A DNA stretch of 58,418 nucleotides, the filler included, from Sphacelaria rigidula (lineage: Eukaryota): NCBI GenBank assembly GCA_964200075.2. It is 8 parts of 8 records of this genome, joined end to end, with 100 filler letters (N's around TTAATTAATTAA, not from the genome) between each part and the next. Parts side by side here need not be neighbours in the genome. Positions count along the whole stretch, not along the records: positions 1 to 7,215 come from CAXNAA020015927.1; positions 7,316 to 14,530 come from CAXNAA020015928.1; 6 more parts are not named here. One strand, written 5' to 3'. The notes under the pieces are model-generated. The model worked only from the letters and a program-made list of their open reading frames with translations. It did no database searches and was not told the origin of the DNA. Positions 1 through 12,195 of the stretch are shown one piece after another; position 1 is the stretch's first letter, and the number at the start of each line of letters is the position of its first letter. Both the position numbers and the translations under genes were made by a program.

Positions 1-1037
1 CTTGGGGGGTGTTATTCATCATTGAGTTTACCCACATCTGACCCTCTGGATCCCGACGAGAAGAACGTGCCACACGCCAGTTGAGGGGGGTGTATGAGAG
101 ATCAAGCACTTGTAGAAACCTTTTTGACATGCGGAGTGAAAAAAAATACGTATGGTGCGGTGACCTAACTGTTGCTAGTGTGGCGCATAGGAGTCCGTCC
201 ATGCTGCAATCTTGACCACACGCTGGTTGCGTGAACACCTAGCTCGGTACAGTACGAGTAGCTTCCCAGAACTATTCCGTGAGGTCATGCATTAGAAGCT
301 GGGACGAGAATGCTCTACGATTAACCACTTGTCGTTGGATTTGAGACCCACGCCATCAACCGCCGACAGCAAAGGTCTTATGGCTTCCACGCAACGCTGT
401 CGGTAGTACGGCAGTCAAACCCCATCATAGCTAGCTTCCGTTGCTACGGTACTTCCTCCCGACCGAAGTTCGCAACGGGTATGAAAGCTGAACAATTGAT
501 TTTTCTCAACTTCATCCACCCAATTCAAACGACTCTCAAGACCTGAGGGAGGGCGGCTTCCCTGTCCCCCCGCCAGGTATTAATGAAGGACAGTGGAGGT
601 TTTACGACCGCATAGAACACTTATGGGGGTACGGAGAGTTTCTTCTCCATGAAAATGCGTGTCTTCCAACCTGCAAAGCGTTTCATGTGCATTGTTTTCT
701 GATACGAACTGTAATTTGTCGATTTATGTTCCGTTCTCCACGGACTGGCTGATGACAATCACAGAAAAGTTGGGTATTGCTGTCCGACGGTTTCTTCGCG
801 TGTTTAGCCGGCCCCGAGGCGGCCATTGTTTATTGTAGTTTCAGCCCCTCGAAGTGTAGGATCGATGAAAATTTCGCGTCAAAACCATAGGTTGCCGCTC
901 TCGTTTTGATTGCATCAAGTACTTCGCGATCACTCTTGTCATATCAAGTACCATTACAACTGAAGCGATAACATTGCGAACGCGCCGACTTTCTCGCCTT
1001 ACACTAAGTCACAGATTCGATACTGATGACGACACTG

Positions 1038-1287
1038 TCTACGATAGCCCCCCCCCCCCAAAAAAAAAAGAAAGAGTGCCTGGTTTGGGGACGCAAAATC
1101 TTCACGTGATTGACATGGAAAAAGCCGAGCACAACGAGCAGGTGGGGATTCCAACGCGTGGATTCATTTGTTCTCGCCAATGTCGCCCATACGAGGCGCT
1201 TCATGCAACCTGAACCCAAACATCAGGCGCTGTATGACCACTTTTTTCGTGACACTCTTGAGCTGGTTTTTCGGGGAGGCTACCGTA
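1038..1287. mobile_element. ~250-bp MITE-like repeat (family F), copy 1
   Basis: Core ...GCCAATGTCGCCCATACGAGGCGCTTCATGCA... recurs at ~23879, ~25275 and ~28833; ends tctacgatagcccc / gggaggctaccgta are imperfect inverted repeats. Confidence 0.7.
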
Positions 1288-1789
1288 AAATTATCTGACG
1301 TTAACTTCGAGTCGATCTTCTGCGGAGTGGTGCCGCACTGCACATAATATGCTGCCCGTTGCGCGAGCCGTAGAATACATCATGTCTCTGTTGTGTGCAA
1401 CTGTCATCACTCATGACTGGACGAGCTACCGACTGTTGTACGAGCTGCGCCAGCCTGAAGACAGACTTGAGCTGTCAAGGCCATGTCTCATCGACGCAGA
1501 CGATTTGGGCCGTAATCTGCAGATGAGATATACCCCCACCTTGACCTACTTCGTGATCGTTTGAGAGATGTCTGCCGCGCATAAGATACCACATTAAACT
1601 TGGCATATTACGAGGAATGGCTAAAATGTTTGAACGTAGCGGCCTAGTTCCGGGCGCTGTGCATCAAAAGTTTTTGGTGTGGAGGATCGCAAGTGTAGAA
1701 TGGAAGGTATAGATGCGGCACATGAGGATTTGTTCCCGTGAAAAAAGAAAAAAAAAATGAACCCAATATCCATGGAAAACAAAATCTCA

Positions 1790-2180
1790 ATGTGTCGCAT
1801 CTATTTTGAGCTTCTACCCTTGCGATGCTCCACACCAAATTTCGAAGCAAAATTGGTGAGCGTGCAGCGAGAAGCCCAGATATCGTGCTTGATTCGTTTT
1901 TAGGCCGGCCCAGCTCGTACACGTGCAACGTTCGAGGGTCTTGTACTCGCTCACTCGCTTCGTTGAGACGAGATGCTTCTCTTCCCACCGTGTGGCCTGC
2001 GCGGCCACACCTGAAACGATCAGGACCTGATATCGTCTTGGAATCTGTCATTCTGCATCGGCCCCCTATGCGCCCGACATTTTCATGCGCAGTCGTTTCG
2101 ACAGACTCGAGCAGAGGTCCGTATCCATTTCGAACCATGATTGTTGTGTTGGTCGGGTCACAGGCATCGTCGTTCATTAC
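1790..2180 (-). mobile_element. Possible decayed Ty1/copia gag relic
   Basis: Minus frame ...GPDRF...RLNEASERVQDPRTL.VYELG resembles the UBN2-type gag DPD.F...RL.E.GE.V.D....L.GL pattern. Weak, and it overlaps an alternative 42-bp exon candidate at 1955-1996. Confidence 0.25.
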
Positions 2181-2529
2181 CTCGATTCCATCTGATCCGG
2201 AGTCACGACGTGGAGAGTTCAGTAGAACGTACTCAAAAATCGTGCATCGGTTACGTGTCTCGCCATTCTACCAGGGAAATCCTTCAGCGCATCTAGCTAT
2301 GAGATTATAATAGCATAGGCAGCTCTGTCTTCTATTCTTGGACAGCTGGTCATCTTCTCATCAGAATCCAACGTCTGTGCATGCTGGAACCATGGCACTT
2401 CCTAGTCGGCGAATAAGGGAGCTCTAGAAAACCGAAAGCACGCCGCAAAAAAAAATAAACCAGGAACTTACTGAGGGAAACGAGAGAAACGATTCTCGAC
2501 ATCAGCATCACAGCACTTCCCGGACCTAA

Positions 2530-2626
2530 CCCCTACACCGCGAGGGAATTGGTCCATCTGGATTATAGTTCTCTCGAGTAGAATTGACGCCGATTCAACA
2601 GATGACCTAATTTCGCCGTGTAAGGG
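2530..2626. mobile_element. ~100-bp piggyBac-type MITE (family H)
   Basis: CCC...AGGG termini with inverted ends, flanked by CTAA/TTAA; homologous to copies at 38491, 45887-46192 and 14631. Confidence 0.75.
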
Positions 2627-2946
2627 TTAAGGACGAGCGAGCCACAAGGGGGAAATATGCGAGTGACGGACTGTGAGAAGTCGCTCTCTTTGACGACGGA
2701 ACAAGTACCAACGGGCAGCGAATCAGTACGACATGAACACTAGAATACTCCGAGTGTGACCAGGACAGAATGGGAACCGTGGCTCGAGACACCCGCCTTT
2801 ATTACCGTCGATCAAAAACAATCATTACGTTAGTTGGGCAAAATTCACCCACGGTTGCTGAGTAAAAATAAAAACGCGGAGTGTTCCGCGTGTGGCAAAG
2901 AATACAACATGATCAGAGCTGGAGGAAGCAGTATAGAGAGCGCAAG

Positions 2947-2949
<3 letters not shown>

Positions 2950-2980
<31 letters not shown>
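2950..2980. repeat. (CA)n microsatellite
   Basis: Direct reading. Confidence 0.95.
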
Positions 2981-2981
<1 letters not shown>

Positions 2982-3249
2982 GATTCTTCATGTGCACACG
3001 AGTCTACCAATATTCTGAAAACCGGCGTGGGTCGCTCTCCACAAGTAGCGCCACCCCTCATAACGTAAAACAAGGGGGCACACTGGGTGCGAAGTAGTGG
3101 GCGAACAGTTCTCCTATTTACTCTGTGTTGGCTGTAGTGCACCTGGGTAATTGCTATCGCCGCAATTCTTAGGCAAACGACGCAAAAAATGCGGAATGAC
3201 CACGGGCTACAAGCGGGTACTCGTAGTCGGGAGGGGATATAGAACGCAC

Positions 3250-3336
3250 CTGGTAGGTCATTTGCAACACCTGACGCTGCTCTCTCGCTGATTTTGCGTT
3301 CACCTTTCGCAGCTTCTCCAAGTTGGCCTTGGTTGA
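3250..3336 (-). CDS. Coiled-coil protein, internal exon (STKANLEKLRKVNAKSAREQRQVLQMTYQ)
   Basis: ctgcag acceptor, gtgcgt donor, 87 bp phase 0; joins in frame with exon 4285-4431. Confidence 0.75.
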
Positions 3337-3439
3337 CTGCAGGATGATAAATGATTCGCAACGGCGATGTTAATGTCCGTGATGGAAACGAGAGCCAGCG
3401 GTAGCACAAAGTAGCACGTCACTTATACTTTTTTTTTCT

Positions 3440-3729
3440 CACACATCGAACCCCTCCCCTTCCTCGGGATGCGTCCGTGGTCTCAAGGGATCCACCCATC
3501 TCTCCCCCGGTACGTGCCTTTCATTTTGATCTCGAGGATTGCATCAGCACTCCCGCACCGCGTCAACTCACGTCACACAAACACAGTCGACAACTTTGTT
3601 TACTCACGTTCTCACGTTTCCACGGTGGAAATCATACATTACGAAGAAAAACCCAACGCATTGGGAATCGAACCCCCGTTCTCTCTACCCTAATGGCGAC
3701 AGTCGGACCATTATTCCACCGGGGCGCGG
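3440..3729 (-). mobile_element. tRNA-derived SINE (family A), copy 1
   Basis: Minus-strand head gccccggtggaataatggtcc...ggttcgattccc has Pol III A and B boxes; four homologous ~290-bp copies in the window. Confidence 0.8.
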
Positions 3730-3909
3730 TCATTAGCTGTATTTATGCACGTTATGTCCTGAAATCGACCAGTTGGAGAGTTTGAAAACTTGCGCAGCCC
3801 TTGGCATCACATGGCCGATATCTAGCATGTGGCCTATCACGTCTCTCGTTTTCGCAGCCCCCAATCATACATAGCGCACTGGCGTGAGCCCTGAGGCTAC
3901 CGGCAACAA

Positions 3910-4125
3910 GAAAGAGTTTTGGAAGCCGTTTTATTCCGTTCTCATTCCAGAGTGCATATATCTCAGGATCAGAGAGTAACGAAGAATTATCTCCCTCTCC
4001 GTCATATGAGGTATCCCCGTAACTTTTTTCAATGAGGTGTTTGTTTTTACATTCTGCACTCTGCCTGAGATATAAATTGCACGATGAAATGACAAAAAAG
4101 CCATTTTCTCGAAACAATTGTATAA
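3910..4125. mobile_element. Degraded copy of palindromic MITE family I
   Basis: Inverted homology to 27902-28114 (cagagtgca..tctcaggatcagag motifs). Confidence 0.55.
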
Positions 4126-4284
4126 CAACGTAGGGCTTTCTATGCATGTTTGAGCGTATCCTGATGTATCCACACCCTCTATATATGCAAGCGCGCACAT
4201 TACGAAAGCAGTGACCAACGTTTCCAGGTGTCGTGTCGTCTCAGTATCCTGCCCGTGATCCGTTACTGTGCCAGGAACCCTAAC

Positions 4285-4431
4285 CTGCAAGTCCTGGTAC
4301 TGTTTGGTTTTCCGTTCTGCCACCGCTCGTTCGTGATCAACCGCATGTTTATCCTGTGCACGGGCGTTGTTTTCCCGGGTCCGCGCAAGGTCTTGGTTTT
4401 GCTTTTTTAGACGCGTGATCTCCAGAGCGCG
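4285..4431 (-). CDS. Coiled-coil protein, internal exon (RALEITRLKKQNQDLARTRE...QYQDLQ)
   Basis: gaccag acceptor, gttagg donor, 147 bp phase 0, no stop; continues KKTEETKQ|RALEI. Confidence 0.82.
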
Positions 4432-4936
4432 CTGGTCATCGAGAACGTGTGGATATACATGGTGCGGACGGGTTGGTCGAAATCTCCACCGCAGGTGTTT
4501 CTACAAGTTCCATCAATGCCATTGTGTTGAATATATGGCGTGGCGCTATGGAGCGCGTATGGATCTCGGGAGTTGCCTTTGACGAGTTGTTGTAAATTGA
4601 AAATGCTGTCCACGTGTACTTCCCGCCGACGCTCCGTGGTTGACCCCAGAAGACTACCATTGAATTCGCTTATTTCCTGACTGCGTCGAGTACTGATATA
4701 GTTGCGACTCTCGAAACGACGTGCGCTTCATTGTGTGCTATAGTTTGGTGATCGTCAGATGTCGGGGGCATTTCTACGATAACGTGAATGTAGCGATCGC
4801 ATACACACGCTGTGTAACCCTCTTAAGCAGCTATACAAAGCGTTACGAGGTAGGTGCCGATCGGCACTCGGTGGCAGAAGGGGGGTGTCCAAGCCGATTC
4901 AAGTTTACTTCAGGGGCAGGAACGCCGATTACTCAC

Positions 4937-5032
4937 TTGTTTTGTTTCTTCTGTTTTCTTCCTCGCCTTCTCCTCCTCTGCCTGAAGATGCGCCAATCGA
5001 TTCGCCAACAAATGCACGTCAGCTTCCGCCCT
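4937..5032 (-). CDS. Coiled-coil protein, internal exon (RAEADVHLLANRLAHLQAEEEKARKKTEETKQ)
   Basis: gagcag acceptor, gtgagt donor, 96 bp phase 0; resembles a protist coiled-coil motif D..LLANR...L..EE.KA.KK...T..RA.EI (by eye). Confidence 0.85.
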
Positions 5033-5309
5033 CTGCTCGAGACAACACAGAACGGCACAGCTTTTTACTGTGCAACAGTTGTTGTTTGCGAGTCAGGTCG
5101 TTTTGTGAAAGCCAGGGCTACTGCACATCTCTATGGCGAGGTAGGTCTCAACAGCGCACGTCAGTAGAGTGTCAAAAACTTTACCAATGGTGCCTGAGAG
5201 CACATGAACAGAATTTCAAGGTAACCCCTGGCATTGTATATTCTGTGTGACAGAGAAATGACTGATACTCTGCTGTTTCTGCACGGGTGAGCTACGGAGT
5301 TTCAGTGAC

Positions 5310-5660
5310 ATATACCACAGTCGGTAACCTCGAAACCTTCTGACGGTTCTGTTGTGGGATCGAATCTCGGAGCGATCTAGGATTTTTTCTCACACAATGC
5401 CCAACAGTGGAGAGCGACTATAATATGTCGTGGGTACACAAGATTCCACTTGACAGTCGACGAGGGAAAAGGACTGCTGAACCCCTCATTGCGACAAAAA
5501 AAAAGGCAAGCACCGCAGAATGAAGGTGGGGTACTAAAAACAAACAAATAAGAAAAAATAACTCCTTTGTTGACCTTCCTCCTGTGTGATCCCGGCTGGT
5601 GTGCCCACATATATCGAAAGGTGTAGACCGGCGTCCAGAATAGATGAGACGACAACACAC
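5310..5660 (+). mobile_element. SINE-like repeat (family D)
   Basis: Body homologous to 30983-31198 (reverse) and 19110-19245; degenerate B-box-like gggatcgaatc near the 5' end; CA-rich tail. Confidence 0.65.
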
Positions 5661-5862
5661 TACAGCAGGAGCCTAGCCAGCGCCGGGATTTCCTCTAAGC
5701 TTCGACAGACAACAGTGCAACATCTGTATCAGGCGCCGAGTACACCGTGCTTAGCGATCTCATGGAGCGTTCCGCTTCGCCATAGCAACATAATGTATAT
5801 ACGATTCACACGTAGTGATCCAACGCATATGCAGATACACTCATATCGTCTCGCTCATTCAC

Positions 5863-5949
5863 CTTGCGAACGTTCTTGGCTTCGAGCATCTCATTCGCCG
5901 CAGCACGCGCCGACATCGACCCTGTTGATGGTCGCTTTGGCCCCATTCC
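5863..5949 (-). CDS. Coiled-coil protein, upstream exon (GMGPKRPSTGSMSARAAANEMLEAKNVRK)
   Basis: gtctag acceptor, gtgaat donor, 87 bp phase 0; splices in frame to RAEAD. Confidence 0.78.
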
Positions 5950-7063
5950 CTAGACGGGGGCAAGCACAGGAAAGGGTTCGTTGTTTGTTACGCTGGTTGG
6001 CTGCAACCCAGGAACCACTTGACTGGAGTTTAATTGCTTGGGGTCAGAGGTTTTGCAACTATATTGCAATCGCGTAACCGTCGTTATTCGGCACGTGTGT
6101 CGGTTCACGCGGGGTTGCCTTGCCCAGTCACCACAAGGACGATTAACCACCGGTCGTGAAAAGTGAAGATGTGCTGCTTGCACAGAATGAACCGATGTTT
6201 TGCACCTTTGCCCCATCTATGTAGCGATCGAAAAAACAAAAACTCGCTCAACATTCCCTGTGATGAATCGCCGTCACTGCTGTTGGAGTGAGAGGTTTTA
6301 TGTTCACCAGACTATTCGTCGCCGAGATCATTTTTCCATCATCGTGCACGAGGAGAAACGATGGAGAATCGCCGCCGTCTGAAAAAGCCTTTCGCGGCGG
6401 TGCGAACATTTCCGCTGCAGTTCAAACCACAACCAGTCGAATGGCGACGACGGGCGTTCATGCAGGTGCTCGACGGATGTTTGTGTTTGATTTGGTGTGA
6501 GGAAATGGAGGAAGTGAATGTGCTGTTTTTCACGGCCGACCTGGATGTTCATTAGTATTACAAAACACGGCTCTGTGGGCAGTGGGTGTACAGCCGTGCA
6601 ACGAAAGAGGTTGTTTCTCGTTCTGCGGTAATAATATTTGTTATACGCAAGGGTATTCAGAAACGAAGGATATAAAGAGACACTATTTCTTACCCCCCCC
6701 CCTCACCTCTAGACTTTTGGGTTGGCGTCGAGTGGCAACGGCGCTGTAAAACAAGCCACGAAAACGTGGACAAATGTACAAACTGTCACCGTACACATAC
6801 CGGGGACCGCCACTTTACAGAGAAAGTCCCGGACTGACGGACACAACATGAAAACATTTAAACAACCCAATGCTTTCCCCCCAGAAACACACAATATGGA
6901 TATTGACATGATATACCGAAGATGGGCTATTTTCCCTAAGATTGTTACTTCCTTTTCCCTAGCCATTCTGTTTTTCCTTCATTTGTAGTATTTTCCTTCT
7001 TCTCTTTCTCTACATGTCTCTCTTTTCCGTTTTTAACTTCCTGATTTTTTTTGCTTTTTCCAC

Positions 7064-7215
7064 CTCCTATAACACAGCCCGGATACAGACATGAGATAGA
7101 GAAGCTGATCCTTCCTTTTCCTTAACCTACCATAACACAGCCCGGACATAGACATGAAATAGAGAAGCTAACCCTCCTTTTTCTTTAACCTACCATAACA
7201 CAGCCCGGACATGGA
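7064..7215. repeat. 63-bp tandem repeat (about 2.4 units, cut by contig end)
   Basis: aacacagcccgga recurs at 7071, 7134 and 7197. Confidence 0.9.
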
Positions 7216-7315
7216 NNNNNNNNNNNNNNNNNNNNNNNNNNNNNNNNNNNNNNNNNNNNTTAATTAATTAANNNNNNNNNNNNNNNNNNNNNNNNNNNNN
7301 NNNNNNNNNNNNNNN
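7216..7315. other. Artificial contig linker (N44-TTAATTAATTAA-N44)
   Basis: Exactly 100 bp, with stops in all six frames; same linker recurs every 7315/7314 bp. Confidence 0.98.
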
Positions 7316-7356
7316 GGGCGTACTCATTTGTTGCTTGCCTTAGTCGTTTGACCATT
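7316..7356 (-). mobile_element. 3' terminal fragment of LINE family C
   Basis: Reverse complement of tggtcaaacgactaaggcaagcaacaaatgagtacgccc. Confidence 0.85.
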
Positions 7357-7988
7357 AGGGTAGGGGGGGAGGGGGGGGGGGAGTGTTCGTCAACCATGTG
7401 TTTTTGTAAGTTTCATGCGAAAAATCTTAAACCAGGTCCGAGACCCAATAAGAGTGGGGCGACCACTTTGATAGTTGTGTGGTCAGAATAATCACTTTAT
7501 TCCTTTTCAGATGAACTACAGCTGACGTACTTAGCAGCGAAGCAGTACTTGACCGTGTGGGAAATTACTCGAACGTGACAAAACATCGGCATATGGCGTG
7601 CTTTTTACTCTGCTCCTAGTCTTGGCCGCATGTCTGGCCCCTTTTGGGGTCTGCAGCATAACGTCACGCTTTCTGTGTTGTTGACTGAAAAACTAAGCTG
7701 AATCATGATAAACCAACCAATCGAGTAGAGATGACAACAGCATGCAGTGGATTGTGCTCCGTAGAGAGCGATGGCACGCTGACTGCTTTATATCGTTGTA
7801 TTCAGCCGCTGATGAGAAAAATTCGAATGTATACGTAGTACAGAAAAGCAGCATTCGTAGTGAACAGGGAGGTACAGTTGAGATTATGTGACATGCGTGC
7901 AGGATCAAGACTTACTCGAGCTGTGCCAACCCTGCTCCGGTAGTACCCGGACTGCTGCAGAAGATAGGAGGGGATAATAGTGATTTCC

Positions 7989-7991
<3 letters not shown>

Positions 7992-8020
<29 letters not shown>
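7992..8020. repeat. (TA)n microsatellite
   Basis: Direct reading. Confidence 0.95.
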
Positions 8021-8022
<2 letters not shown>

Positions 8023-8339
8023 CAGCAGTGGCGGCTGCCAGCGTGCGCCGTTCGCAAACCATGAGAGCATGCTGTTGTCCTCACATCAAACACCATTCCG
8101 GTATCTACACAGACAGTACTTCTATTTCCGTCCGGTGCACCTGATGCGGATGACTTCCATGATCAAAGGCTTACTAACCACGCATTACGAAAACTGAAGA
8201 CAGCTCAACGAAGATATACATACTGACTTGGGATGTACTTGACATGTAGTTTAAAAGCGGTTGGGGGTTTTCCGGGACTATTCCACACCCTGGACAATAG
8301 ACGGCATTTATTGCAATAGCAATAGAATCTGCTGCAGTC

Positions 8340-10200
8340 GATGCCAATATTGTCGTCCGTAATGGCCTTGGATCGGCAAGTTCCTCTTTTTATATTGTCG
8401 TCGGCAATGTCTATCGATGGACACGTTTCCCACACTTTCGTCCGGGCAGCAGTCTTATGTGGTCCTACACCGAGATCTATTGCGGCCGACCAAACGTATC
8501 GATCGACAATTATTGATGACGGCAATGGCTATCGATAGACCATGTGCCAATCTATTCATGATGACGATGGCTATTGAGATTGCATACAAAATCTATGTAT
8601 GACGGCAATGGATACCAATGGATACATACCAGAATCTACTGTGGTATACAATGCCTACCGATAGATTTTTTCTCTCGTGTATTGCCACACACCTACATCG
8701 CAATATACGACGCATATTGTACTCTGTCAAGGTACGGTAGAGAAGCTGCAGGTGGACATGCAGTGGGTATATGATGGTACTACTTGTGAATATATGACGT
8801 CACGTTTCTACAATTTTGGAACGCCTGTATTTTGTGGGAACCCGCAATATGTTTGGACAACAGTTTACAACTTTTGTTGTTGGTGTGGTGTTGGTACTTG
8901 TAGTTGTCCCTCTGAAGGACGTGAGCGCCTACAGTACTTTTGTGTGTGGGTGAGATGTGCTAATACCCTGGACAATAGACTATGTAATAGAACATTGGCG
9001 CTGCAATAGCCCCGAAAATCTGACTGTAAATGTCCATTGTCAGTCATAATCGACTGGCGTCAATGTCTATCGATAGCTTTTGTGGGCGACAAAAGATTCG
9101 GGACAAGGGACAAAATGTATCGTTGCCGTGACAATGGAGGGGCCAAGTTGTCTATCGATATATTTTATTCGTTGCGATAGGTTTTGGATTGCGGCCATCA
9201 ATGTCTATTGCTAATCACAATAGGATCTAAGTTGCGCCCACCAATTTCTGTTGAGCGTCACAATATCATCTGAATCGCGGCCACCAATATCTATTGCTGA
9301 CCACAAAAAGTAGCTGAATAGCGTCGATCACTAGCGTTATGTATGCACATTTTTCGATGTATGTTTTTACCATATTCCATAGAAGCTATGGCCAGCTATC
9401 GCCTCAGGTATCAATAGTTGCGTGTTCATGTGTGAGGGGTATCGCCGTTGATGTCACACGACCACTGCAGTGAGCAATATATATTTCAAAACCCATCGTT
9501 GGCGTTACTGGTTATTGATGGGTGTTCCCGATAACATTCGATTGATGACGACACTGGCCACATCGATAGATACCCCAAAATGTGTTGTTGGCGGCAGAGG
9601 CCACCGGTGGACGGCTCACCAAATCTTTTGATGATGGTATTTGGTTTTGAAAGGAGGCTCACTTGATCTATTGATGACGGCAATTCTTATCGATGGATGA
9701 CTCACCAAACCTATTGATTACGGCAATGGCTATCGATCACACGTCGGACAGATCATGATCTGTCTGAAAATGACTTCTTCTCAGTATACTGATCCGGATC
9801 ATGATCCGTATCATCTGACCCTACTTTTCCATGTCTACTCCTTACGGTGCCGGACGCTGAGCATGCCGAGTAGTGCAAAGGTTGCGCTTTGGCTTTACTG
9901 ACTCCGCTGTCACATATTTTGTATGTTTGGACCAACGGACTCGAGAGTCTTCTTTCATTAGTTGTTTCAGACGGATCATGATCTGTCCGACGTATGCTAT
10001 CGATATACACATCCCAGAATCGATTGCGGTACACGATTTCCATCGATGGCGAGTGATCTTTATCTACTGTATTTGCCATAGGGATCGATCGACTAATATA
10101 TTGCAACATTTGTTGTTCCTTGCAACACATATCAATACATGTGTTTCACCATCTACTGTGATCGACTAAATATATCGATAGGTTTTCCCCCGAGTCTATT
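8340..10200. repeat. Degenerate ~40-43-bp repeat array (consensus about TCTATTGATGACGGCAATGGCTATCGATAGA + ~10 variable nt), patchy
   Basis: Units visible at ~8390-8670, ~9190-9320 and ~9620-9740. Confidence 0.65.
9741..9993. mobile_element. ~250-bp MITE with ~30-bp TIRs inserted in the repeat array
   Basis: acgtcggacagatcatgatctgtctgaaa versus tttcagacggatcatgatctgtccgacgt. Confidence 0.75.
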
Positions 10201-11869
10201 GCTGGAGCAATGGACTATTATTGTGTCCATTGTCCAGAGTGTGGACTATTTCTCACCAGGTGAAAATGTGCCCAACATTTACGTACTCACGAGAGAAGGC
10301 GTTCTGTTTTTGAAAAATCAGCTGCTGTTTTGTAACCCAAGTGTAGCATAGGTTATTCGAGGTCACCTGCGGAGGGTTTGCAGTTCAAGGGTCGAGCATT
10401 TTACAGCAGCTGTGATTGCGCCAACAGTAGTGTGGCGAATGCATGTGGTTGACCAACACAACTGTGTGCTGCTGGGAAGTATGAGAGGGTGGCGTATCGG
10501 GGGGTGTCCAAACCGAAGGAGGCGCTTGCAGGTACTGTTGGGGTCTGTGGTTTGGTTTTGGGTCGGAGGTGTAGGGAAAACCCGTCCACCCCCAATAGAC
10601 GAAGGAGCCGACCAACACACGTTGACACCTAGGGCAACACATATGGAACTGCAGCGGTGCCCTTGTTCCCTTCGAGACTCCTGCGATTGCGTGTTGCTGA
10701 GGTTTCGGCAGACACGGCCTACAATGATACATCTTAGGCTGCAATCCTAATCCTATATGTGGTTTTGTCACGCAAAATAACACCTGTAGAGTGCCTGGAC
10801 GCGCGGCCGTCTCGGCCGAGAGCATTACGCCATCTTCCAAGAATCGGTGGGATTGTCATATCTACAACTTGGTTCCGGGCGCTACAAGGGCTTACCAAGC
10901 ACAGAAACAAAACTCTGAGCGTAAATAGCCGTGGGACATGCGTGGACCTCACCCCTGCCTCGCCGCGCCCCTAATCTTCTCGCCAAGTACATGCCGAATT
11001 GGAACGAAACTGTTGTGCACCACGTCAAGACATAATTAGCACGGTGCTGAGTGCTGTCAATACTTTCAACACGCACGATTCTTGGTGCGCAAAACCCATG
11101 ACTGCAAGGGGCCGGAACGCCAAGTCGAGAGACCATCGAGAGACAGCCAGGATACGGCTTTTGGTCGGCAGTAGCTTGACCTGTGCCATACCGACGATGG
11201 CGAACTGTCTGTACTGGATACTGTTACTGTTGTAGGTGACAGGGTGTGCATGGGTTAGGGTCAGGTTCACGGTTTGGGCTGACCATGCGGAGTGGGTAAA
11301 TTGCCAAGGTTTGGTCCACAGACCGTTTGATGACGACCATCGCGTAGTTCCACTTCACACGAGCATGGACATTAAAGTCGACCTATCGGAGAATGATAAA
11401 CTGCTAGGCTGTTCATATGGGGGCCCTAGTCTGAGCAACCTCTTGCATGCCACATGTTCGCGACAGTTGGCAGCTCAAGTGTGAGTTGCCGTACTATTTT
11501 ATAACTGAACACGGTCGAGGGCCAATGTTGTCTCCATGGATGGTGAAAACGACACTTGATGTACTATGTTAAATATTTTCCTGTTACACCCACCTTCCTA
11601 CTCATGCAGATACTACAAGGCCCGACGACGAGGCAGTTCCCCTCGGCGTCCATTTTGCGTTGCTGTACTCAGTGTAGATCGACAGGCGAAACCTCTTATT
11701 TCAAGCTCACGGGTGAACCGTCAAACACCCCTCAAAATCTTGTTTTTATCGTAATGTTTACCTGTTGTCGCAGACCCGCGGTGGTAACTTCGAAGATGTG
11801 CAGTTACAGTGCTACTGTTGTCATAGATATAGAGTACTCGGAAGTGATTTTTCACACGCTATATTTCGA

Positions 11870-12195
11870 GATACCAGTACTTACCGTACCCATCCAATTG
11901 GATAGTTTGTCAAATGTCATACCTACGATACCTACGATACCTACGATACCTACGATACCACGGTATTTCGGGATACCAGCACCTACCGTACCCGCTCAAT
12001 CAGGTATTTTCAAGACGCATACAGCACCTACGATTACCTACTATACCACGATAGCTCGAACTTTCAGTGCCTACCGTACCCGCTCATCAATCAGGTAGTT
12101 TCAAAACTCATACCTACTATACCCGCCACGCATACCACTTGGTATGGGATATCCCGGTAAATACCGGGGGTACGCTCGGTACGATACCTTACCTA
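11870..12195. repeat. TACC/GATACC-rich repeat region including (ATACCTACG)x4 at 11919-11958
   Basis: 9-bp tandem plus recurring taccgtacccg/taccgtacccatc units. Confidence 0.75.

Noticed and set aside
1990-2020. RFRCGRAGH as a gag zinc knuckle
   Set aside because: It lacks the first and last Cys, and its position does not fit a knuckle
7260-7271. TTAATTAATTAA recurring every ~7.3 kb as a biological periodic motif
   Set aside because: It is embedded in fixed 44-N pads and is a synthetic six-frame-stop linker
8340-9740. CRISPR-like repeat-spacer array
   Set aside because: Repeats are highly degenerate, variable parts are only ~10 nt, there are no cas genes, and the context is eukaryotic
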